Shown piece after piece: positions 40,644 to 47,930 of a stretch of DNA of 64,000 nt. Numbering within the stretch: the first letter of the stretch is position 1; each line of letters begins with the position of its first letter. The position numbers and the translations under genes are program-made. Source of the DNA: Candidatus Saccharimonadota bacterium (GTDB lineage Bacteria > Patescibacteriota > Saccharimonadia > UBA4664). Where the stretch lies: positions 2,485 through 66,484 of the forward strand of contig JACAFG010000001.1 of assembly GCA_019352195.1 (NCBI GenBank). Reading direction: 5' to 3'. The notes under the pieces were generated by a model that did not search any database, was not told the origin of the DNA, and saw nothing but the letters and a program-made list of their open reading frames with translations.

Positions 40644-41387
40644 TCAGTTCGGCCATCGTCCGCATTCGATCTTGTCGCGGAGTGTCAAACACCGGCACGC
40701 GTTCCGCGCTGCCGGCCGGAATGTGGTCGAGCGTGATGACGAGACGCGGCACGGCACGTAGTGGTCGTACAACTCCCAGTTGGCAAACACACCGCCGAAA
40801 AGCTTGCCGTTTTGGCCACTGAGCTTGCCAATTGCACCTGAGACCGTCAAATGCAGCCACAAATCGCCACCTTGCGGGTACGACATGCTACGCACCGCTG
40901 ATGCGAACGGCGGAGCCTCCGCCATCTCGTCAGCCAGATCGGCATCCGCCATTCGTGCGGGCAGCATCGTTTGGTCCAAAGCCTCGACGATGTGGGTACA
41001 ATTGAGTGAAAACTTGCTGCGAGATACCGGTAGATTCCACCTGGCCGATAGGTAATCGAGTCCGCGTGTTACTCCCAGGCTTTTGGACAGTTTTGTTTCA
41101 ACCGCAGTCGCTAGGTAGCCGCCCTGCGTCTGAGGCAGCTGCACGGTGAGAAAATAGCCTTCGCGTAGACGACGCACGGCGATTTGGTAGTGGCCGTCAT
41201 CGCCTTGGCCATACCACTCGTACTGACCTGCTGCCCACAGCGTGTCGAGAAGGCGAGTAAACTGCCTGTCCGGCCCGGATAGTTCGTGCTCGCCCGCCAG
41301 CGTCAGCATTGCAAGCTTGACGCTGTCGAGACTTTCTAAGGCGATGTCACGGCCCACCTCAGCAAATTGCAGTACAGCGGTAGTCAT
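40644..41387 (-). CDS. orphan hypothetical protein
   Basis: ~247-aa ORF, GAGAGGAG RBS, upstream TTGACA. Confidence 0.6.
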   Translation of the reverse strand: MTTAVLQFAEVGRDIALESLDSVKLAMLTLAGEHELSGPDRQFTRLLDTLWAAGQYEWYGQGDDGHYQIAVRRLREGYFLTVQLPQTQGGYLATAVETKLSKSLGVTRGLDYLSARWNLPVSRSKFSLNCTHIVEALDQTMLPARMADADLADEMAEAPPFASAVRSMSYPQGGDLWLHLTVSGAIGKLSGQNGKLFGGVFANWELYDHYVPCRVSSSRSTTFRPAARNACRCLTLRDKIECGRWPN

Positions 41388-41500
41388 AGCCACTCCTCTC
41401 TAGGTACACTGCAGTTACGCTGTAGCGCGATTCATCGGTTTGACGGATACTATGCTCTAGATTTAATGGCGTCTCCTGTCAACAAGCGCGGTAGGTAAAA

Positions 41501-41953
41501 CTAGCGAGCGATCCAATCTTTTTCCACCAAATAGTTATCTTGGTTGGGGTGCATTTCGCTTGGTAAGTTACGAAACCAACCGCTCTCGGACGCTTCGGAG
41601 GCGGCGTGCACCTCTCCCTCATAATTTGTAACTACAAAGACAACCCCAACCGGCGAATCCGGCATAGTCAGATAATGACTAGGGTATTCTATATAGCCTT
41701 GATTCGAAGCTGCTTGGACGACAATTCCGAGTTCTTTTTTTGCTATGCGGCGTACCGCACTTTGAAGTGGCTCCCCAAATCGGACGGTACCACCGGGGAC
41801 ATGCCACTAGTCGGCGCAGGGTTCGACATCATGCCTCGTTAGATAAAGCGCGCCCTCGTGATTCTGGATAATAATCTCGACGGTTAGGCGAGGTACTTTG
41901 CTGTAGAGAGCCAAAAATTCGTCGCGCGTAAAGGGGTGATCGGCTTGCTGCAT
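41501..41953 (-). pseudogene. NUDIX hydrolase with in-frame TAG (not in ORF track)
   Basis: Translates MQQADHPFTRDEFLALYSKVPRLTVEII...EPCAD*WHVPGGTVRFGEPLQSAVRRIAKKELGI; Nudix box present; TAG at 41807-41809. Confidence 0.85.
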
Positions 41954-41998
41954 GATAAATTGCTCATGAATTCATTGGTTCACCATGAAGGTATCAAA

Positions 41999-42075
41999 TG
42001 GTGCCCCGGGCAGGACTCGAACCTGCGACCATTGGCTTAGAAGTCCACTGCTCTATCCAACTGAGCTACCGGGGC
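41999..42075 (-). tRNA. tRNA-Arg(TCT)
   Basis: GCCCCGG acceptor stem, loop CTTCTAA, GGTTCGAGTCC T arm, CCA. Confidence 0.93.
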
Positions 42076-42121
42076 GTGCTGTTAGTTTACGGTTATGTGA
42101 CGTTAAAGTCTAAAACATCCA

Positions 42122-42151
42122 ATGGACCGGATGCGAGAGCGTCCGGTCCAT
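42122..42151 (-). terminator. terminator after MFS gene
   Basis: ATGGACCGGA / TCCGGTCCAT stem. Confidence 0.65.
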
Positions 42152-42176
42152 CAGTCAAGCTAGCGATCGGCCAGTT

Positions 42177-43631
42177 CTAGTGAGCCGCCGGCAGTGGCGC
42201 CTCAATTATCTGGCCCTTGGGCTGCTTAATGAGCACAGCCGCTACCACGGAAGCTGTAAGAGCAAAGCCAATACCAACGTGGAAGGCACTGTGATAGCCG
42301 TGAACCAAAGCGGCGGGTACTGCGGCTGCAGCTTGGCTAGCATGGTCAGAGAGGTATGACTTAGTGCTAGAGGAAGCTACCCCGGCCAAAATAGCGAGTC
42401 CGATGGCGCCACCGATTTGCTGAGAAGTGTTGAGAAGACCGGACGCTAATCCCGATTCCTGTTTCGACACACCGGATGTAGCAGCGATGGTAATCGTCAC
42501 AAATGACATTCCCAAACCTACCGCCATAATCCCAAGTCCAGGTAAGACGTCAACTATGTAGCTGCCATGAACTGGAGTCTTACCCAGCAGATAGAGGCCT
42601 GTCGCCATTAAGAGCGGGGCGCCAACCATAAATGGCTTGTAGCCGTATTTCATCACCAAGTTAGAAGCAATCGTGGCGGTAATGCCAATAATAATGGTTA
42701 CCGGCAAAAAGCTGAGGCCAGACTGGACCGGAGAGTAGCCCAAGATTTGTTGCACATACAGCGATAAGAAGAAGAACATTGCAAACAAACTGGCCGTAAT
42801 AGGCAGCTGGGTAAGATTGGCCCCCGTAACGTTTCGAATTTTGAAGATCGTTAGCGGCATGAGCGGGAATTTAGCTCTGGATTCATTCCAAATAAACCCG
42901 GCGAGCAGTGCTACGGCGCCACCCAAGTAGGCGAGGGTTTGGCCATTGGTCCAGCCCCAAGTAGGCGCTTTGGTGAGGCCATACACCAGTACGATTAAGC
43001 CACTGGTAACAAGCAATGCGCCGGGCAAGTCCAGATCATTGTGTTCGGCCTCAGATTCGTGCAGCGGTAACCAGCGTAAACCGGCGATGACTACGGCAAT
43101 ACCCACGGGAACATTGACAAAGAAATCCCAGCGCCAGCCCAGGTATTGTGTCAGAATACCGCCGAGTAACACGCCTGCTGCGGCGCCACCGGCAGCTACT
43201 GCCGACCATACGCCCAACGCTCGGTTACGGTCTTTACCTTCACTAAAGGTGATGAGCACAATTGATAGCGCAGCCGGGGACATAAAGGCGGCGGAAAGTC
43301 CTTGGAGGCCTCTGAGTACGATCATTACGGTCTCAGTTTGCGCGACGGCCACTCCCAGGGACGCCACGGTAAAACCAGTTATACCTAGCAAAAAAACGCG
43401 TCGGCGTCCGTACAAGTCGGCCGCGCGCCCACCCAACAGCAAGAAGCCGCCAAACGCCAAGGTGTAGGCGGTAACTATCCATTGCAAGTTAGCAACGTTA
43501 AAGTGCAGTGCCTTTTCAATTGATGGTAACGCCACGTTTACAATGGAAGTGTCGAGCACGACCATAAACTGCGCGATGGCTAGCATGGCCAAGATAAACC
43601 AGCGATTAGTTTTTTTCACGGTCGGCTCCAA
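42177..43631 (-). CDS. DHA2 (14-TM) MFS efflux transporter
   Basis: LDTSIVNVALP, GRAADLYGRRR, FFVNVPVG motifs. Confidence 0.93.
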   Translation of the reverse strand: MEPTVKKTNRWFILAMLAIAQFMVVLDTSIVNVALPSIEKALHFNVANLQWIVTAYTLAFGGFLLLGGRAADLYGRRRVFLLGITGFTVASLGVAVAQTETVMIVLRGLQGLSAAFMSPAALSIVLITFSEGKDRNRALGVWSAVAAGGAAAGVLLGGILTQYLGWRWDFFVNVPVGIAVVIAGLRWLPLHESEAEHNDLDLPGALLVTSGLIVLVYGLTKAPTWGWTNGQTLAYLGGAVALLAGFIWNESRAKFPLMPLTIFKIRNVTGANLTQLPITASLFAMFFFLSLYVQQILGYSPVQSGLSFLPVTIIIGITATIASNLVMKYGYKPFMVGAPLLMATGLYLLGKTPVHGSYIVDVLPGLGIMAVGLGMSFVTITIAATSGVSKQESGLASGLLNTSQQIGGAIGLAILAGVASSSTKSYLSDHASQAAAAVPAALVHGYHSAFHVGIGFALTASVVAAVLIKQPKGQIIEAPLPAAH

Positions 43632-43658
43632 TCACTTTAAATTCTCATTCATTTTACT

Positions 43659-43688
43659 TATCAATAGTTGATATGGTCAAGTATTGAC
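43659..43688. promoter_or_regulatory. tandem palindromes, probable MarR operator
   Basis: TATCAAtagTTGATA (43659-43673) and GTCAAgtaTTGAC (43676-43688) between divergent MFS and MarR genes. Confidence 0.6.
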
Positions 43689-43709
43689 ATAATGAAGTAT
43701 AATCACCGC

Positions 43710-44144
43710 ATGGAACGAAATAATACCACCACGAGTACCTACAGCCTTCTGATTCAGCTTATGATGCAGTCTAAACATCAGCTGCACGCGGTCGCTGAAG
43801 CACTTGGGCTCAGCGCCATGCAGGCCCAGACCCTCATGATGCTCGGTGAAGACGCCATGACAATGAGCGCCATTGGGCGTAGCTTGGCTTGCGACGCATC
43901 CAATGTCACAGGCATCGTTGATCGCCTCGATGCTGCCGGAATGATTAACCGACAACTTAACCAGTCCGACCGCCGCGTTAAGTTGGTCGATCTTAGCGAT
44001 CGAGGCAGCGAAACCCGCGGCAAAATAATATCCGGCATCGTCGAGGCCGAAATAGCACGCATTGGGCCTGCTCTCACCAATGAAGAAGTTGAAACGCTTA
44101 ATGGCCTCCTGCAAAAGCTTATTGATCGTTCGGCCGAACGCTAA
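43710..44144 (+). CDS. MarR family transcriptional regulator
   Basis: CDASNVTGIVDRL, DRRVK-V-LS-RG. Confidence 0.9.
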   Translation: MERNNTTTSTYSLLIQLMMQSKHQLHAVAEALGLSAMQAQTLMMLGEDAMTMSAIGRSLACDASNVTGIVDRLDAAGMINRQLNQSDRRVKLVDLSDRGSETRGKIISGIVEAEIARIGPALTNEEVETLNGLLQKLIDRSAER

Positions 44145-44153
44145 AACCACTAA

Positions 44154-44198
44154 TTCTATCTAAAAAACCTCACGAATCGTGAGGTTTTTTAGATAGAA
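44154..44198. terminator. bidirectional terminator
   Basis: TTCTATCTAAAAAACCTCACGA / TCGTGAGGTTTTTTAGATAGAA long perfect stem. Confidence 0.8.
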
Positions 44199-44223
44199 CA
44201 AAAACGCTTTCGATGATAATTTC

Positions 44224-44298
44224 TGGTGCGGGTAGAAGGAATCGAACCTTCATCCTCTGCTTGGAAGGCAGATATATTAGCCGTTATACGATACCCGC
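44224..44298 (-). tRNA. tRNA-Gly(TCC)
   Basis: GCGGGTA acceptor stem, loop CTTCCAA, GGTTCGATTCC T arm, CCA. Confidence 0.93.
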
Positions 44299-44364
44299 AA
44301 ATAGTTTCAAACGAAGACCACATCAGTTTACCAGAACAAAAACCACTATAGCAAAGCCTGTCAT

Positions 44365-44998
44365 AAAGAAATGGACTCCGAGCCGTAAGGCTAAGAGTCC
44401 GGATGGTCAGTGGAGCCTCAGGCAGCTCGGGACTACCTGAGGCGACACCTATCGTCGCAGATCGCGCGATTACTCACGCGGATGGCCGGCGATGGCCCAT
44501 GATATCCGCCGCACGCGGACATCATACTGTCGATCAGCCCTTCAGCGGGCATTTATTTGGGCAACCTACCCGAGCAATAGCTCCCAGCAACCCGGGGAGC
44601 ACCAGATTTACACAATAGGACCGGATTAAGCTCCAAGGCCCACATGAGATACCTGGCTGGTAAGGGGGCCTGCCACGGCCCAGCATGTTTGTTGCCAGCG
44701 GTTGGCGTTCCGCAGGCTCATCTGGTCATTGGGGGTGCCCGAAGGCAAACGGACGCAGTGCCAGTCCTGGTCCCAAGGTGGTCAAATCCTTGCCTATTAT
44801 AACTTGGCATCGCGACCAACGATGTTGCCGCCACGTGGACACTTGTGCGGTAAGCGCCTCTCGTCTGTGGCCACGACGAGATGTCATCGAGCAGGTGGAA
44901 CCCCTGAAGTAGGGCTTCCACCGGTGCGCTCGACTACCAAATTCGCTCCTTGCGAAGCGATTAATGAGTTTTAATAAACCCACACATCGCGTCACAAG
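44365..44998 (-). ncRNA. candidate large structured non-coding RNA (~630 nt), family unrecognised
   Basis: At least 11 hairpins; GCAA, GUAA and cUUCGg tetraloops and G-U pairs on the - strand; no credible ORF; flanked by promoter and terminator. Confidence 0.65.
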
Positions 44999-45005
44999 TA
45001 AAAAT

Positions 45006-45040
45006 ATAATAGACCTAATAATTAGTATTGTCAATACTAA
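45006..45040 (-). promoter_or_regulatory. sigma70-like promoter with palindromic operator
   Basis: - strand TTGACA (45034-45029), 17 nt, TATTAT (45011-45006); perfect TTAGTATTG-T-CAATACTAA palindrome at 45022-45040. Confidence 0.65.
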
Positions 45041-45171
45041 AGCTATTCAAAGCGGTTGGGGCAAAATGCCACCCTACCCGTCATCTCCAACATGACTTAG
45101 TTTGGAATCAAGGATCGAGCCCAAATTACCATACCGTCACTAAACTTGCCGGCTTCTCGTAAGTATAATTT

Positions 45172-45203
45172 CTGGTCGCAGTACACATACTGCTTACGAA
45201 CCT
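45172..45203 (+). repeat. putative attL (core CTGGTCG plus CGAACCT arm motif)
   Basis: Core identical to 49729-49735; CGAACCT starts 25 nt from the core start here versus 20 nt at attR. Confidence 0.7.
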
Positions 45204-45332
45204 ATACTGGAAGCATTATACAACCTGCTGCTGAATTACAAGCTACTGAGGTCAAAACTTACCAACTTGAACCAACTTGTTGCCGATTTAATTAAATCCG
45301 AGCGTGCTACCACGACACAATTCTTGTTATAA
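45174..45332 (+). other. start-less reading frame: predicted native C-terminus of the recombinase
   Basis: GRSTHTAYEPILEALYNLLLNYKLLRSKLTNLNQLVADLIKSERATTTQFLL*; same codon register across the core as the recombinase; no ATG/GTG/TTG between the upstream stop at 45141 and the core. Confidence 0.65.
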
Positions 45333-45339
45333 TATAAGT

Positions 45340-45522
45340 ATGAGCGACACAGAAGACAACCAACCCCAAGACCAGACCCCTGCCGAGCCTGTTTCTTTGC
45401 CGCCTCAAGCGTCGCCACAGGATACTTCTAACTGGGATGACCGGCCATTTACAACGCCAAGCGATAGGATTGTGATAGAGACTTTTCAGGGTGACGAAAG
45501 TGGCAAAACAGTCGCTGAGTAG
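45340..45522 (+). CDS. small acidic Pro/Gln-rich protein
   Basis: ATG 6 nt after TGtTATAAT. Confidence 0.45.
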   Translation: MSDTEDNQPQDQTPAEPVSLPPQASPQDTSNWDDRPFTTPSDRIVIETFQGDESGKTVAE

Positions 45523-45654
45523 CTATACCAATGAAGCTATGAGCCTGTCTTAAATACACGACGCAAAATTATTAAAAATTAACAGAGGTAGATACCGTAT
45601 CCATACCCTATGCATACGGTATACAAATCCTTTATAAGCCATTCACAAACCATT

Positions 45655-46068
45655 ATGAGTAAAACGCTAGACGATAAGCAGCAATTTATAGAACTACGAG
45701 CAAAAGGTTATAGCTTTAGCTGTATTGCTGACGAACTGGGTATAAGCAAACCTACCCTTATAGGCTGGTCGCAAGAAGAAGATACCAACAAAGACATACA
45801 CAACCTGCAAACGCTGTATATGGATGAGCTACAAGAGAAATACGCTATGACCAAACGCCACAGAATAGCGGTATTTGGCGAGGTTTTAAACCGTGCTAAA
45901 GACGAATTATCCAACCGAGACCTATCAACGCTACCGACAGATAAGCTAATAAACTTAGTTATTAAGCTGAGCGATACCCTAAAGCAAGACGAAACCGAAT
46001 TAGAACTACACGGCGAAGTGGAGCTACCAATGCTTAGAATTGGCGAGCTGCAAAAGTGGAATATTTAG
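45655..46068 (+). CDS. helix-turn-helix protein
   Basis: FIELRAKGYSFSCIADELGISKPTLIGW HTH. Confidence 0.75.
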   Translation: MSKTLDDKQQFIELRAKGYSFSCIADELGISKPTLIGWSQEEDTNKDIHNLQTLYMDELQEKYAMTKRHRIAVFGEVLNRAKDELSNRDLSTLPTDKLINLVIKLSDTLKQDETELELHGEVELPMLRIGELQKWNI

Positions 46069-46157
46069 CAGACCAAAACTTGTCCAAAAATTGACCACTT
46101 ACCTCTTTTTAATACCCCTGTAACCCTGTATAATAAAGGTATTAAGTGTGAGGTTGT

Positions 46158-46340
46158 ATGGAACAAGTAAAATCACCAGAATATCTAACTATCAGGCAAG
46201 CCTGCGAGCTATTACAAGTACACCCAAACACACTCCGCAGCTGGGACAAAAAAGGCGTATTAAAGGCTCACCGCATAGGTGTGCGTGGCATACGCCGCTA
46301 TAAGCGTGAAGACCTAATAAAGTTTATGGAGAAAAAGTAA
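46158..46340 (+). CDS. MerR-like/excisionase-like HTH protein
   Basis: LTIRQACELLQVHPNTLRSWD...RRY; GAGG RBS; TATAAT upstream. Confidence 0.85.
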   Translation: MEQVKSPEYLTIRQACELLQVHPNTLRSWDKKGVLKAHRIGVRGIRRYKREDLIKFMEKK

Positions 46341-47194
46341 TGGGCGTTGATTTTGTACGGTTTAAGGCAACAGATAATGTTGAATTACAGGGCTGGTTAA
46401 ATAACGAAAGTGGTAACACGGCAGTTGTTCATATTCACGGTATGTCAGGTAATGGTTATGAAAATTACTTCTTAGATGACTTGCGGCAGATGTACGCCAA
46501 GCAGAGCGTATCCCTGTTTACGATTGATACACGAGGACGAGGCATAATTAGCGACTTTAGGCAGGGCGAAGGTTGGAAGCACGCAGGTAGCTGCTTTGAG
46601 CTGTTTGACGAAAGCATACACGACATACAAGGGGCGATAGACTATCTAAAGTCACTTGGAAAAACAAGTTTTATACTACAAGGTCACTCTTTGGGCTGCA
46701 CAAAGGTGGTTAATTATGTAATTACACAAAACCCAACAGATGTTGAAAAAGTAATCTTACTAGCCCCAACTGATATGACTGGCTGGGCAAATACAGAGCC
46801 TAAGCACCAAGATTATCTACTAAAAGCTAAGCAGCTAATCGCAGCTGGTAAGGGCGAAGAATTAGTTGACGCACAATGCTGGCTAGATAAGACCCCAATA
46901 TCGGCTCAAACTTACCCCACAATATGCGAAAAAGGCAGTTCGGCTGATATTTATGGTATCCGTGAAGGTGATACTTTATTAAGTAAAGTTGAACTACCTA
47001 TGCTAATACCCTATGGCAGTGCCGATATTGGCATTACGCAGATTGACGGCTCAATTGATAAGTGGATTGAGCGTGTAAACAAAATCAAGAACAATAACAC
47101 CCAAATATCGGTAATAGAAGGGGCAGCACACGGTTATAGCGGTTTTGAAGGGCAATTAGCGGAAATAATAGAAAGATTTATGGAGCAAAAATGA
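46340..47194 (+). CDS. alpha/beta hydrolase (DUF1749-like)
   Basis: HIHG oxyanion motif, GHSLG nucleophile elbow, C-terminal GAAH. Confidence 0.85.
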   Translation: MGVDFVRFKATDNVELQGWLNNESGNTAVVHIHGMSGNGYENYFLDDLRQMYAKQSVSLFTIDTRGRGIISDFRQGEGWKHAGSCFELFDESIHDIQGAIDYLKSLGKTSFILQGHSLGCTKVVNYVITQNPTDVEKVILLAPTDMTGWANTEPKHQDYLLKAKQLIAAGKGEELVDAQCWLDKTPISAQTYPTICEKGSSADIYGIREGDTLLSKVELPMLIPYGSADIGITQIDGSIDKWIERVNKIKNNNTQISVIEGAAHGYSGFEGQLAEIIERFMEQK

Positions 47195-47919
47195 AGATAG
47201 CACTAGTAACAGGCTCAACCAAGGGTATTGGTCTAGCGACCGCACACAGACTATATGATGAAGGTACAACAGTAATCCTAAATGCTGTGAGCAATAGTGA
47301 CGAGGTAATACTGGACGAGTTTAGCGACAAATCTAGGGTAGCTTTTTATGCTGCTGATATATCAGACAAGCAAGCACTTATAAGCCTCAGGGATTTTATT
47401 AAAGAAAAATTTGGTAGACTAGATTATTTGGTAGCAAATGCTGGTGTCTTGCCACTACCTGCTGGAATAAATGATATTACAGACGAAAACATTAACCAGA
47501 CGATAGACATAAACCTGAAAGGTACTTTTAATACTGTCAAAATACTCGGTGAACTTGTTCAGGCAACTTCAAAAACTGGCTCAATCGTAACCATAACTTC
47601 CGTTGACGGTATTATTGGTGAACCTTACGGCGTAATCTATTCGGCAACCAAAGCTGGTATTATTTCACTAACTAAGTCTTTTGCACGAAACTACAAAGAA
47701 CCACTGGTGCGTGTTAATGGTATTGCACCAGGCTTAATTGACACTCCGCTTTCGGCAAGTACAGGTGAAGACCCAAGCTGGACGACAGATTTATCAGTAA
47801 TAAGGCGTATGGGTAGTGCGGAAGAAGTTGCAGCAGCAGTTCATTTCCTACTCTCGGAAGACGCAGCCTTTATTACTGGTCAGATTTTGGCAGTAGACGG
47901 TGGATTTACACTAAAATGA
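47191..47919 (+). CDS. SDR family oxidoreductase
   Basis: TGSTKGIG, NAG, YSATK, PGLIDT, VDGG. Confidence 0.93.
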   Translation: MKIALVTGSTKGIGLATAHRLYDEGTTVILNAVSNSDEVILDEFSDKSRVAFYAADISDKQALISLRDFIKEKFGRLDYLVANAGVLPLPAGINDITDENINQTIDINLKGTFNTVKILGELVQATSKTGSIVTITSVDGIIGEPYGVIYSATKAGIISLTKSFARNYKEPLVRVNGIAPGLIDTPLSASTGEDPSWTTDLSVIRRMGSAEEVAAAVHFLLSEDAAFITGQILAVDGGFTLK

Positions 47920-47930
47920 GAAACTGATAA

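Noticed and set aside
41998-42180. ORF MVPRAGLEPAT...
   Set aside because: Antisense translation of tRNA-Arg; unlike the tRNA-Pro case it is not fused to any upstream gene.
44365-44998. RNase P RNA, tmRNA, SRP RNA or group II intron identity for the structured region
   Set aside because: No GAGGAAAGUCC/CR-V pair, no tRNA-like ends with a tag ORF, no SRP loop motif and no domain V on either strand, judged by eye.
44213-45034. Short ORFs 44213-44440, 44403-44618, 44685-44912, 44702-44974, 44718-44921, 44726-45034
   Set aside because: Mutually overlapping, no RBS, no recognisable motifs; one crosses tRNA-Gly. Better explained by RNA structure.
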